In this document: piece by piece, positions 40,741-54,262 of the stretch
Position numbering within the stretch: position 1 is the first letter of the stretch
How the letters are laid out: every line of letters starts with the position of its first letter
Assembly (NCBI GenBank): GCA_951406725.2
Contig: OX597815.1
Coordinates: 21,142,001-21,206,000 of the forward strand
DNA: 64,000 nt
Direction of reading: 5' to 3'
Source: Octopus vulgaris
Taxonomy: Eukaryota
Made by a program: the position numbers and the translations under genes
Notes under the pieces: model-generated
What the model was told of the DNA's origin: nothing
Database searches by the model: none
The model's input: only the letters and a program-made list of their open reading frames with translations

Positions 40741-43621
40741 TACATTGTCTTAAAGGAACTTCAGGAAACAAATTATTGCAGTCCCCTACAATGTTCATAA
40801 GTACTTCAATCTCATCAAAACAGGAGTTAAATAGAACACTTTAGTCAACATGCTAGCCAATTTGCCCCTCAATTTACACAGCCTGTCATCATATGGGTAA
40901 TGTTGTCATAGATACACTATGTCTGAATAAAAGATGATATGGTTGTGGTTGGAGCCACTCTGAGGGGTGACATGAAAGCTAAAACAGTACTGCAACTTCA
41001 GCACAGCTTATAAACTTATATCGATAAATTGACAGTTAAATTAACGAAAGAATTTAATACAACCCCAAATTACTAAAGTTAATTCTCAAATACTAATTTG
41101 TCTTTATTGGATTCTAATTTTGTATGAGTTTTTGTGATGCTGTTTTGCTTAGAGATCTCACAGCCCTTTCTCCAAACCACACAAACATGAACATATGTAC
41201 ACTTATATATAAATATATTTATGCTTATACATGCCTCTGTAAGAGAATATATATTTGTTAATATCCAGAGAGTATACAAGTATGCAGTTTTTATATGTAC
41301 ATCTATCATCGAAAGAATTTATTTACGCATGTAATATAATTAGAATATTCATATGTGCAGCTATATTTAATCAAAATCAACTACGAAAGATTATTTGAAT
41401 GCACATATAACAAATACACATTTTTCCACAAATGTTTTGACACTAAAGTAACAACAATCACCGCTAGGTTTACTTTAAACACCTACGAAAGTTTTCAGGA
41501 ATAATTTAACTATATATATTTATCGGAACTTCAAAACTATCTCTTTGACAATTTGGTTTGAGCCATGACAGCAAGCACAAGTATGCAAATGAGAGGGATC
41601 TCTGTGCAGTGGTCCATTCCACTAAAACAGCTAATTCTCTTTCAAATTACGCTTGACGTTTTTAAAGGGAAGAATACTTTTTTAAAGGGAAGACGACATT
41701 AATAATGTAGTTATTTATTTCTCAAGTGGCGGAAAGGCACTGACCATGAGCTTTCTGCGAGGTTTCTGGAACTGGTGGGCTCAAAAACTTGTTACTGAGA
41801 TTCCGCTAAACAGTCACGTGGTGGTATTAAACTATCTTTAAAAACACTCTGTATCAAAGTAACGATTGAAATTGTTACGGTTGGAAAGCCATTCAAAATA
41901 AGTTTGATTCATCAGCACTGTTTGCGGCAAAATAACATATTTTCCACTGAAGCGCTATACTTTCTATCTTTTGTATTGAGATCTATTTTAATCTACTGTC
42001 TCACTTAGCTGGGAATAACTTAAGATTAAAGTATGAAGATTTCCAGTAGCTTTAGCAGAATATCTTATCTCGAATGTAACACAATTATCATATTTGTAGT
42101 TGTTCCTAACTACAACAATCTCATTGATTCTTCTCGCCAAGATATTAAACAACTTAACTCAATGTCCAAACAATATTTCTCCTAAACTATAGTCTTATTG
42201 TGTGTTTTTTTATTCTCGTCTATATTGATATCTTGAATTTCTAACAGCCTAAACCAAGGACGTTTTCCTACCACACGGCACCACTACCCATACCACACCA
42301 TTTTGAAATTTACAAAAGTAATGATGATAATTAATAAGAGACACTCCCTAAGTTTCCAGTTGAAGAAATATTTTAAAATTAAATAAACTATTGTAATTTC
42401 AAAATCAACTACAATTGATTATCCTATAATTTAGAAAAGTGTGATGAATGTAATATTGTAAAATGCATTGTTACATAAAGGTGGGTTACTCATATACCAT
42501 TACAAATATTATTTTGTCATTTTCAATTTAAATGAAATTGGTTTGAATCATCAAAAACACCACTAAAATACATATAATTTCACAATTAAAACCAAAAGCG
42601 TGGCATATTTCACTTGCTTTCAACATTCTATTCAAAAGCCTAAAAATCAGTTTTATTCCATTTACATTTTTTTCTCATATTTTTTTTTTTATTTGTTGTT
42701 ATTTATTTTAATTTTGTTTATAATTTTACTAGATATTTAGTGGGGGTTTTTCTTCTCCAAGTTGACTTTTCCGAAAATGTTATCAGAAATCGTTTCTAAG
42801 GTCAGTCATAAAGAGGAGACTTATGCAAGTAGAGGAGCTATATAATGTTAAAACTTTAAGAGGATTAAACAATGCTGCGAAAATATCGGAGTGCCAACTG
42901 ACACTAAGCTGACATGAGATAGACAGAAAACAAGGCACTGTCATCGGCAGTTGATTAAACCAACTTAATATCAATTACATGAGAAAGAAACAAGGAGAAT
43001 GAAAGGGAAATTCGTTTATTTATTGTTTCTTTTTTTTTCTTTTTCTTTTTTTGCTTGTATTGATCCAAAGAAAAAAGAGTTTTCCTTTAACCTTTGTTGG
43101 TCCTTCTGAAGCAGAAGAGTGGGAAGGGGAAGTAATCATTTTACGGTGAGTGTTTCTTTAAAGTGTTGAATGTTGGTTATTGTTGGGAATAGATGGGTTG
43201 GAAAGAAATAATGAAAAGATGAAGATTGTGAAGAGGAAAGTGGACGCCTAATGTTTACAAATCGAGAGACACACAGTCAGAAGGTGAAATGGGTTCAGTG
43301 ACTATTGTTCAGTTGTGTTAGTGGTACAAACAATGAGTCTGGGGAAGTATAGAAAGGAATGGTAAAGGTATAAAAGACAAAGGGCAATTTCTACCATTAT
43401 TGAACTTAAGTTTATGGAGGAATTATAAGGGAATCAAATTCTTTTTTCCTGGATACGAAAAATTATTCCAGTGAAAAGTATTCACTGGAGAAGAATGGCA
43501 AATTAGACAAGGCGTTAGACGCTCAACTCAAATGATTTTTAAGTTCAAATTTCATTCAGAAGTTTCATTATCTGTTTAATTAATTCTGAAATTCTCAATT
43601 CATCTAGATGCAATAAAAGCG

Positions 43622-44494
43622 CTATACCTTTTCTTGTTCAAATTAAAATAATTTCGAATCAAATTAAAATAAACTCGAAGCAAATTAAAATAAGCTCGGA
43701 GCAAATTAAAATAACCGTAAAATATTAAAACAATCTCAGGACAAATTAAATATTTTTCTCATCAAATAGTGATCTCAAACTACATTCCCAATCCCTTTAC
43801 TTAACGAGTAATATATTACAGTTTAACTTTGACAGATAATACTCCTTAAAAAAGGGGAGTTTATGAAAATCATGGTTTGGAAATGCAAAGCACAGACATT
43901 CTAGCCACAGTGAAATATTTCTTACTTCAACATAACATGTTGCAGCTTGTGGAACACAGTCAATCCATAAATTCAATGTAGACGTTCACAAAAAAGTCTT
44001 CAAATGTTAATTGGGTGCATTCGTTTAACAGCACAAATTACTTAATATGTTCCTGATTTGTTTCCTTTATTTTGCCATAAACATCCCTGTAGTGCAAATG
44101 TGACCTCTGTATATCCAATTATATGCTGTTATCCTCTTAACACTGTGTTACAATAGATTCCCAATCTTCTCGTTCAGCGATAGGCATTATACACATATGA
44201 GTTTCAAGTACAAACTTCTTGTATAGTCTTGCTTGCCTCCCTATTTGATATTTCGTCAAAAATCTGTACTTGTAGACTGAGACAAGCTACTGTTTCTTTG
44301 AGACTGAGTTCTGTCATCTATAAATAGACAATTCAAAGGATAGACATTTACTATCTTTTATTTAAATATTTCATTTGTTCTAAGGATATTTTAATTTGTT
44401 TCGAGGTTATATTAACTTCTTTTGAGATTGTTTTAATTTACTTAAAGTTTAGTTTGTATTGAAATTATTCTAATTTGTAAATGAAAAGGTATAG
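43622..44494. mobile_element. Non-autonomous fold-back DNA element with modular ~135 bp TIRs
   Basis: Termini are ctataccttttc and gaaaaggtatag. Each arm is built of ~20 bp caaattaaaataa.ctcgaag units in opposite orientation. Confidence 0.7.
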
Positions 44495-45539
44495 ATCATC
44501 TAATAATGTTCATAAAATAAACTATGGTTAAAAGAGAAGAGTTCCAACAGTAAAGTTCTTAGCATTTTATTATTTTAGTAGGGAATGGCGGGCAATAAAT
44601 ATCAACAATAACTCTCGATTTCTAGTTTTTACTAGTTTAGTAATGTTGCCTGAGTGGAAATGATAAATGATAAAAATGATAATTTTTTCTCTGCTTCACA
44701 CCATAAAATTAGACCGAAACACTAGCCATTGTATTTTAGAATATATTTTACGATATGAAGAGATGTATTTGGATATTTTAGATGATCAACTGACATAAAA
44801 CAAATACCGTGGATTGAGTCTCACCTAAAGGATTATTTGACGGAGTCACCTTGATATTAAGGAGTGGGGACTGTTTTTAGTTTATACTTTGTTACACCTT
44901 GCTTCTTACTTTAGTATGAAACGACATTCTGAAAATAAAGCTTTCATGTTCGGGTCATTTTTAATTGCATTAACCATATAACTGAAGTGGCATAAAGCGA
45001 AATGAAAATGGATTACAGAAGTAGATTTACTCAGAGTTTAGTACTATTTTAGCATTGCTATCATTTGACCCGACATGAGACCAGATATTTATTGGAGAAA
45101 CAGAGTGTGGTTATGGTAATCATTCTTTGGTTTTTAAATGGAAAGTGCTTCACTTTACTATCAAATTCTCAATGACAGAATACAGCCATAGGCAATACCA
45201 CAATTTACTTTTTAAAATCAAAAGAGAAAGCTGGATGGCTTTGAAAAATAAATGGTTGCACTCACTGACAACAACAAAAAATCAATAAAAATTGCCAGAC
45301 GTTATCACGTTATCACAAACGAACTGTAAAACTTCTTTGTTAGAATATAAAGCCTGATTTCTTTTAAGCAGAAAATTGCTCCTAATGAAGGTCGTAATGA
45401 TATCGAAGAGTACCTCGAAATTAGACTGAAATATGATGTGGTAATGAAAGAGAAGACAATAATGTTTATCTGTGCAACAGCGTATGATAATTGAACATGA
45501 AGAAAATCATTAAAAAATATTACAGTTTGCCACAGAGCG

Positions 45540-45935
45540 CACATTCCAAAAATGGCATTGCTAGGCACAGCCCATATTCTAACCTAACACACCACAATAA
45601 CAATTGATTCTACAGACAAATGAATGTACGTGAAAAAGATCGATATTATAATCATCACCACCATCAATACGCAAGATAAAAACCTATCGACCTCACTGAC
45701 TAGACTCAAAAATTATTTTCAACCACACGTCGACATTACCTCATGAATAAAAAGGAAAGATATAAAGTAAAAAAAAATTAGCTTAAGAGGTGTGTTCATG
45801 CAGAACAAATAGAAGCGTTATTTGGAAAGTCACTGCATGGCCAATTTGAGTGATAAATATCTTGGGTCTGGTTTCTCGCAGTGACCTAAATAGGGAAACT
45901 GAACCACTACTAACATCAAGCCAAGACCAAGCTAA
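45540..45935 (+). mobile_element. Short Dong/R4 remnants
   Basis: IPKMALLGTAHIL (C-terminus) near 45543, and KSLHGQF / SDLNRETEPLLTSSQDQA near 45826-45935. Confidence 0.6.
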
Positions 45936-46084
45936 AGGTGGTGGCTACGGGTATATTATCTTAGTGACAGTGATAAGTGTTGTTTTTGTAGAATTAGGGC
46001 AAAATAATAATAATATAATAGAAACAAGCACAGAAAAAGCTAAGCGCATGAAATAATATTGTAATAGAAATATAATATATTATA

Positions 46085-46676
46085 ATAGAAACAAGCTCAG
46101 AAAAATCTAAGCGCATGAAAACCCATACTAAAACTGCTACCTTAGATATTCTTACTATAAATGGCAAGAAAAACCTCTCAATGGCAAATACCCAAAGAGA
46201 GCGAATAATGCCGATGTTGACAAATCCCTAACCCATCAATGGTTAATGGCTTCTGGCTTAAAATCAGAAACAGAAGGGTTTATCATAACAGCCCAAGATC
46301 AATGCCTACCTAAAAGGAACTACCAGGCCAACATATCAAAGAACGGCAGCTTCCCAACATGTCGTGTATGTCAACAACAAAATGAAGCCATTGATCATGT
46401 TGTCTCCATGTGCAGTCTTCTTGCGCCTACAGAGTATCTCAACAGGCATGGTAGAGCTGCACAATATATTCCCTGGGTAATTTGCAAAAACCTGGACTTG
46501 CCCCATGATAAAAACTGGTGGGAACAGAAACCACCCCAGTACTTGAAAATGATCACATCTCACTCCTCTAGAACTTCACCATTCACCACAGAAAGATAGA
46601 TGCAAATAGGCCAGACATTATATTGAAAGACTTCAGACAAAAACCATGCCTCCTCATTGATATGACGGTCCCAATC

Positions 46677-46678
<2 letters not shown>
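46085..46678 (+). mobile_element. Dong/R4-clade fragment (CCHC knuckle and RLE core)
   Basis: GLKSETEGFIITAQDQCL..CRVCQQQNEAIDHVVSMC...RHGRAAQYIPWVICK, then NRPDIILKD...CLLIDMTVP. Confidence 0.9.
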
Positions 46679-46774
<96 letters not shown>

Positions 46775-46858
46775 ACGAGATTACAATGGCACTCTTCTTT
46801 TAATTTTGACTCTATATCTTCTGGAGGAGTTACCTCAATCCTTTACATTAATTATTAT

Positions 46859-46889
<31 letters not shown>

Positions 46890-47713
46890 AAGAAGAAGAA
46901 GAAGAAGAAGAAGAAGAAGAAGAAGAAGAAGAATCCTGGATTGATTACCACAAAGCTTATGATATGATTCCACATTCGTTGATCATTAAGTGCTTAGATG
47001 TGTTTGGAATTGAAAGGAATGTAACGTTTTCTGAAGAGAAGTACGATGGGTCGGAAAACTGTGTAGACATCTTTCTGAAAAGCTTGGACTCTCTGGACAT
47101 CAAGAGATGGGTTTTCCAAGGAGGTTAGCTTATCTCAGTTGCTTTTTGTACATTGCATGATCTCTCTGACCTTGGCGCCGAGAAAAATGAACTTGAGATA
47201 TCAGTTCAAGGGGAAAACACAAAGAATCACTCTTCTCTTCATAAAAGATTTGAAGCTGTATGGTAAGGATGGGATACAAGTGAGACTCTTGGTGAACGTT
47301 GTTTCAGTGATTATGCAAAGAAGGAATTCAGATTCGAGAAATGTGGTGTATTGAGCCTGAAAAGAGGTAAATAAGTTCCTGGCAAGGATAGAATTTCCAT
47401 ATAGAGACGTTATGAAACAAATTGTAAAAGGAAGTTTATAAGAACTTTGGCATATTAAAGTTCAATGAAATCATGGAGAAGAAAATAAAAGAACAGCTGA
47501 AGAAAGAGTATTTCCGAAGATTACGATTGGGGCTGCGTTGAAAATTGACTGAATGGAATAAAATCCAAGCAGTAAATACAAAGGCGATAACATCGCTTGG
47601 GTATAAAGCTGGAATCATAATCTGGCAAAAACAAAATGAACTAACGAAGACACGGACATTGCACGTTGCGTTTCGTCCCAAGAGAGAGACGCTGATCAGT
47701 TGTATTTGTCCAG

Positions 47714-47947
47714 AAGGCGGCGAGCTGGCAGAGTCGTTAGCACGCCGGGCGAAATGCGTAGCCGTATTTCGTCTGCTATTACGTTCTGAGTTCAAATTCC
47801 GCCGAGGTCGACTTTGCCTTTCATCCTTTCGGGGTTGATTAAATAAGTACTATTTACGCACTGCGGTCGATATAATCGACTTAATCCGTTTGTCTGTCTT
47901 TGTTTGTGCCCTCTGTGTTTAGCCCCTTGTGGGTAGTAAAGAAATAG
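47714..47947 (+). mobile_element. SINE-A1, full length, 15 bp TSD
   Basis: TSD gttgtatttgtccag at 47699-47713 and 47948-47962. Confidence 0.95.
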
Positions 47948-48759
47948 GTTGTATTTGTCCAGGAAAAAGGATGAGAGATGTTCATTTATCAGAATTGTGT
48001 TGAATCAGAAGAAAACAGTATGTAAAAACATGCCGTGAAACTATTGCTGAGGCATGTGAAGAAGTGCAGAATCATCAAAATTGATCATTGAGTTGAGAAA
48101 GGGAAATTTGAGTTGAGAAAAGGAAAAAAACATTAAAAAAATGAAATGGCATAGAAAGAGAGAAAAGTACGGTCAGTTTGCAAAAGACACAAACGCAAAG
48201 ACGATAGAGAAGGCCGGTGGTCATGGATGCTGATGAGTGACTTGAAGATAGAAACAGAATCACTTATATACGCGGCACAAGAACAAGCATTGAGGACAAA
48301 TCATGTGAAGTACAGAAGTGATAAAACAACTGTGAGCGACAAATACAGATTGTTAATGAGAGGAGTAAAACAGTGAGGCATATTGAGAGTGGATGCCCGA
48401 AATTGGCACAACCTAAATGCAAATGGTGAAATAACAATGGGTCAGAAATGATCTATTGGGAGCTTTATTGAAATTATGACCTAAAAAGATCAAAGACCCG
48501 CTATGTATGAGTTATTGAGAACGAGGATTGCAAAATTCGTGTGGAATGTAATGATTCAGTGTGATCATCAGATTAGACATCGAAACCTGACATTTTTTTT
48601 TTTTGTGAACAGAAAAGAAAAAACATGCCAGATAATTGACATATGGACATGTTCTGGTAACAACAGAATTGAAGTGAAAGAACAAAAAGTGAAGAACTAC
48701 GATGAATTGAAGTGGAAAATATGCAGGTTGTGGGCAATGGAGAAAGTGAATGTGATATC

Positions 48760-48986
48760 TATTTCTTTATTACCCACAAAGGGCTAAACACAGAGGGGAC
48801 AAACAAGGACAGACATAGGTATTAAGTCGATTACATCGACCCCAGTGCGTAACTGGTACTTAATTTATCGACCCCGAAAGGATGAAAGGCAAAGTCGACC
48901 TCGGCGGAATTTGAACTCACAACGTAACGCAGACGAAATACCGCTAAGCATTTCGCCCGGCGTGCTAACGTTTCTGCCAGCTCGCC
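48760..48986 (-). mobile_element. SINE-A1, 8 bp TSD
   Basis: TSD gtgatatc at 48752-48759 and 48987-48994. Confidence 0.93.
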
Positions 48987-49269
48987 GTGATATCAATAGT
49001 GACTGTACACTTGGAAATATCAGTACCCAACTACCAACATGGCTCAAAAAGATAGGAACGAATGCAAAGATAGAATACCTACAAAAATCATTGCTTGGAA
49101 CTGCAAATGTCCTCCGCAGGGTTCTTGAAGCATGATCGGCAAACAAGTGTCACCTTAGTCTTCTGGCTGTGAACAGCTGATATTTTCCATCATACCAAGC
49201 AAAATAATGAGATTTTTCATGCTATAATAATAATAATAAAAGGAAACGGGAAAAGAGTGCCCCGTATAA

Positions 49270-49455
49270 CTGTTACAAAACAAAAGGTTTGCTTCGTTGG
49301 TACGTCCAGAATAATCAGGAAAGTATTAGATAGCTGAAAAGAACGGATAGCATGGTACAGTGGGCTGCAAGCAGCAAGCCCGCTACATATGCAAGACTCC
49401 AGGAGCTCTAACAAAACTTGTGATAAAGAGAAATAATAATAATAATAATAATAAT
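49270..49455 (+). mobile_element. Additional Dong/R4 3' terminus with (TAA)n tail
   Basis: QKVCFVGTSRIIRKVLDS* is followed by a different 3' UTR and a TAA tract. Confidence 0.7.
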
Positions 49456-49456
49456 A

Positions 49457-49667
49457 GTTTCAAATTTTGCCACAAAGGCAGCCCTTTTAAGGGAGGGAAT
49501 GAGTCAATTACATCGACTCCAATGTTTCACTGGTACTTATTTCATTGACCCCCGAAAGAATGAAAGCTAAGGTCGGATTCAGTGGAATTTGAACACAGAA
49601 CGTAGCGACGGACGAAATACTGCTAAGCATTTCGACCGGCGCGCTAACGATTCTACTAGCTCGTTGC
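49457..49667 (-). mobile_element. SINE-A2 copy
   Basis: Reverse-complement A head and body with the A2 tail (gtttcaaattttgccacaaaggc). Confidence 0.82.
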
Positions 49668-49684
49668 TGCTGCTGCTAATAATA

Positions 49685-49779
<95 letters not shown>

Positions 49780-49819
49780 GATGGTAATGATGATGATGAT
49801 GATGATGATGATGATAGTA

Positions 49820-51085
49820 ATTTCATTTATTTGCCACAAGGGCGAAGGATGAGGGGGACATAAAGTGTTGGAGTTTATATATAATAATGAAATGATACAA
49901 AAAAATGAAAGTATACACTGGAAAAGAAGAAACACATGCCTAGCATACAATGATATAAAAAAGTGGGGTCGAGATGATAGATGTAGCGCTCCTGATACAC
50001 GTACGCCTCTAGGTATAATCGAGGAACCCCACTGTCCGAGATTTCCCTGAAACCCTATGAGAAAGTGCCCTCACCAATTCCTTCTCTCTGGCTCACAGAT
50101 CTATACTCTTGCCATTTTCGCAACTTTCACCCACCTTTCGATAATTTCCACAAGTAAAACTCGAAAAAGTCAATGAGAGCTCTACCAAAGAGGAATGTGT
50201 CTGTCCTCATGCCTTTCAACCTTGACCACCAGACAACAGCCACCAGCCAAAGGAAAACTTACCAGATTGAAGGTGGGCAGCGGTGCAGTCATTACTACAG
50301 ACTCGGCCGGCAGACGGATCCGTCCCACATGTGACAGCAGCTGTTCAACATAACCCCAAAAGTCAGCAATGCCCGGACACTGAACGAGGGCGTGCAGAAC
50401 GGTTTCGTCACTCTGCGCGCACCTCGGACAAGTCTGACTGTGCATCCGTGCCTGTAGAGCTTGTCTCGAACCGGTAGCACCCCCGTTGGTGCTGCCAGGC
50501 TAAGTACATCTGGAAATTATCCCTGACAGTTCCCGACCGGAAAGTCCTCCGGAAGAGGCTAGCCAGTTCATTTTCGTCGGTGCCCAGAGTCTCCCCGAGA
50601 ATGCCGTCGCACTTCCCCGCTACTAATCCTCTATAAATTTCTAAAGCAGAACATCCACCAGTCCCATTGCCCGACTGGCAGAGGGTTGTGAACGCCTGAC
50701 GACATTCTATGTGCCAGGTGTCCAGTCTCGATCTTTTCTTCGCCTAGGACTGCAGCTCCATCAAGGAGATGTGCTGCGGAAAGTTAGCCTCACAAACGAA
50801 GCCTACACACGCTCACCTCCAGAAATCGATGCAGGTGGCGTAATGTAAGCGCGTGTCTGCGCATTATGAGCCACGGCATACCTGATCCACCACTCAGAGG
50901 ATGCTGGCAACAGACTGGCCGCCTGACCATTGGAACGGGTCTCTTCCACAAGAATTTTAACGAGGGACGTTCCAATCTGGTCAAACAGTAACCAGGACAA
51001 GGCACGACGGTCAGGCGATAAATGATAACGGAGGCGATGTAGGCATTCGCCACCTCTGCCCAACGGGAACACAAGCCCCAAAATG
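49820..51085 (-). mobile_element. Tx1/L1-clade non-LTR retrotransposon, ORF2 C-terminal part and 3' UTR, ending in (CAT)n
   Basis: The minus strand shows FLWKRPVPMVRRPVCCQHPLSGGSGMPWL, LPVRDKLYRHG and CPRCAQSDETVLHALVQCPGIADFW (the L1/Tx1 C-terminal CCHC). It ends gcccttgtggcaaataaatgaaa. Confidence 0.85.
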
Positions 51086-51577
51086 GAAGATCTGATTGAT
51101 AAAAAACCCTTACGAAACAGTAGACGCCAACCAAAAAATCTCAAAAAACTCTTAACAAGTGCAAAATTCACATCAGAGAATGAATCAGAATTATCCGAAA
51201 AAGAATGTGGAGAAAGCAGATGTGGAACATGCAACAACAACTTAGAAAGTGGTTCCCTCATAAAATCCAAGAGCGGATTCTCGCTCAAAGTAAATGCAGA
51301 TACGAACTGCAAGACGCAGAATTCCATATAATGTATTACTTGCCCCAACTGCATTGGCGAAACAAACAACCCCCTTTGCCAACATGCAAGAATCCGCAGA
51401 CAACACATCTGACAAGAGGAATTCCGCAAGATTCCACTGAGCAAGCATCTAGAAATATGCAGTGAAGGTAAGTTTAAAATCTTTCCCTTTTACAAATGTT
51501 CAAGAGATGACCCAAAATTCTGAAAAGCAATGGAGCTACACTTCATCAAAAAATTCTCTCCCAAATTAAATGCTTGA
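51085..51577 (+). mobile_element. Penelope-like element GIY-YIG endonuclease fragment
   Basis: RRQPKNLKKLLTSAKF...CGESRCGTC...NCKTQNSI*CITCPNCIGETNNPL...ELHFIKKFSPKLN, with stops and deletions. Confidence 0.82.
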
Positions 51578-51723
51578 AAGAGAAGCAGAGGAACTACATT
51601 TTTATTATTATGTTTTAATAGTAATGAAGATGGATGAAGAGAAAACATTTATATTACACTATTACTGTTGTTTCTGAATGTGGCTCCAATATTAATAACG
51701 TTATACTCATCTCTATAAATGAT

Positions 51724-51776
<53 letters not shown>

Positions 51777-51828
51777 TTTATTGTTCCACACTAGCGTTTG
51801 TGTTTTTTTCTGTGTTTTCTTGACAACT

Positions 51829-51874
<46 letters not shown>

Positions 51875-52889
51875 TGGGATTTTGAAATATATATATACCT
51901 AAGAAAGAACCATTTTACCACTGATTAGGAAAGCTATCTAATATAGCTACTTGGGAAATTAATTCGTGAAAAAGATCTCTTTTGAATTCTCTTATCCAAG
52001 CAAGCAAAGAAAGAAAAATAATCCTACAAAAAGATGAAAGATACTCAAAAAAATATATTCAAGCAAGCCCTGCTAAATATACAATATACGTACAAAACTC
52101 ATTTATGAGGTTTGATTAACTGTACATAGAGAATAAATTGAATTATAAACAGTACCAAATAAGTTTTTTTACATTCCGAATTTACTTTTCTAATTTATGA
52201 ATATTGTACTAATATTTATTGTTTGTTTATGCAAAACAGAATTACACAGAATATGGGACTTGGTTATACAGTGTAAAGGAATATACATTTTCATGGGATT
52301 TGAACTTTTAACTCTTTTTCATTTTTCAGTGTGTGTTTGTGTATTTTTCGATCCTACTTCCTAAAATTGACATCTTTGAAAGGTCACCAACCCTTGTGGG
52401 AAAATGTGTTTATTTACAAATATGTTCATAGGTACACAATGGAAAGAAAAAGAAAAAAGAAAAATGCTTTGTAATGAAATTTCAATGAATTGACCTCAAC
52501 AAATTGAAAAGAAACCTCTCTCTCTTTCTATCTATATCTATCTATCTATTTATCTGTCATTTCCCCATCCTTTATTATAATTTTTTCTTTCTTGATTGTT
52601 TCTCTTTATCTATTCCCTCCCCTCTTCGCTTTTCTCTCTCTCTCTCTCCTCCCTTTTTTCGAAAAAAGCAAAAGCAATATTCTCCTCTTCTAAACGAAGC
52701 AAAAAAACATCCGATTCATATTAATGAACAACGAAACGTTCTGTTTTTACCATTTTGATTTTGATTTTTGTCTTGGCAAGTTCGAAAAACGAACGAAAGC
52801 GCTAATAAAGGATTATTCAAAATTCTGACTGCCTCCTTTTCCTCAATATACAATATCTGTACCCCACTTCAAACACTGTGTGTGAGTGT

Positions 52890-53750
52890 GTGCATGCGCA
52901 CACACTCACACAACCATGTGATAAGGAACCACATCTTCCATAAATAAAGAGTCTTCTTTAATCATTTCACATTTCTGCAATATGGACACATATTTATCTG
53001 AGTTTATGTTTCCTTCACACTCTACCAGCTCTGATCGACCATTGCTCCAAATTGTTCCCCAGACATCACGCGATAGCTGCCGTGTTTCATTGTTGGCTGC
53101 AATCTTTTCATGTCAAATTCTTGATCACAGAGTCTCCAGACCCACACTCGACCACTGTCAGAAAATACAGCAAATCTGGAGTCATCAGAGAATATGAGTG
53201 TTCCAAAATGCTAGTGGCCTCTCCACTATCTCACTGGTCCAATCCTTTCTCCGCTTGATATTCACTGGTCGAAGAAGTAGCTTCCTTCTTGCTGCTCTAC
53301 CATAGTAGCCAAGTTTGTGCAGATACCTGACAGCATCTCTGGGACTGGCATAAACTTGTTCTGCTATGTCAGAGGCCTTACAATGAGGATTATCCTCTTA
53401 ACGAAGCGACGGGTCCTGTCAGAGGGTTCTGGCTGACCTGGGCGAGATGATGTGGACTCATTCCCCTCTGTGGTGAATTGCACAATCACTCTATTTACTG
53501 TAGAAAGCGGGATCCCAAGGTTTTCTGCAATTTTACACTAAGTCCACCTTCAGATTGACCCACAATATGGCCTCTATGAAATTCGGACAGTTCCAAGGCT
53601 TCTTTCGTATGTGACGTTATTAAGCAGTCACATATAGAACTTGAAACATAAAAATGTCAATTAATAAAAAAAAATATTAAGTTTTTCAAGTTAAAATAAA
53701 CATAAAACTATGTTTTATGGGGTGTCTATTTTCTTCTGTCATGTCTCTCT
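52890..53750 (-). pseudogene. Decayed Tc1-family DDE transposase with a left TIR-like end
   Basis: The minus strand shows [29 protein letters not shown] (HTH), DSGRVWVWR, PTMKHG and [16 protein letters not shown]-like gacagaagaaaatagacacccc lies near 53718-53740. Confidence 0.85.
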
Positions 53751-53781
53751 ATGTTTGTATGTATGTATATATATATAAACT

Positions 53782-53840
<59 letters not shown>

Positions 53841-53869
53841 TATATATATATATATATAAATATATATAT

Positions 53870-54165
53870 AATGCCATAACGCTTCAGGACCAGTTACTGC
53901 AACAGCCTGGGTTTCAAGGGCCCACAGCTTTTTAATATTCTCCCAAAGAGTCTGAGGAACTTGCACAAAATAGATGTAGGTTTTTTTTTAATCAAATCGA
54001 GAGTCCCAGATGAACCTACCTCACGGCAAGAGGTGCAAATTAGGGTAGCTATATCAAACTCCATTCTTTAACCAAGTGCCACATATTAGAGGAGGCTCTT
54101 GGTAATAACAGTGTAGCAAAACGGCGGTACATCAGCAGGGCCGCAGCTCAGAGCTGAAACTAGAG
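53870..54165 (+). mobile_element. CR1/L2-group LINE 3' end
   Basis: RFRTSYCNSLGFKGPQLFNILPKSLRNL...RVPDEP...AISNSIL resembles the C-terminus of CR1-group ORF2. A short 3' UTR with a stem-loop follows. Confidence 0.75.
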
Positions 54166-54206
54166 AGAAAATATATATATATATACTATATATATACTAC
54201 AGAGAA

Positions 54207-54262
<56 letters not shown>

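Larger units (their letters stand above)
46935..49240 (+). mobile_element. Long decayed Dong/R4 element (RT to 3' end) carrying two SINE insertions
   Basis: RT remnants WIDYHKAYDMIPHS, FQG and LLFIKDLKLYGK are followed by ETESLIYAAQEQALRT and the C-terminus YLQKSLLGTANVLRRVLEA* at 49135. A 3' UTR and (TAA)n tail follow. Confidence 0.88.

Noticed and set aside
43640-43750. Regularly spaced caaattaaaataa repeats as a CRISPR array
   Set aside because: The period is only ~20 bp and the units are mirrored at 44360-44494, so they are TIR modules.
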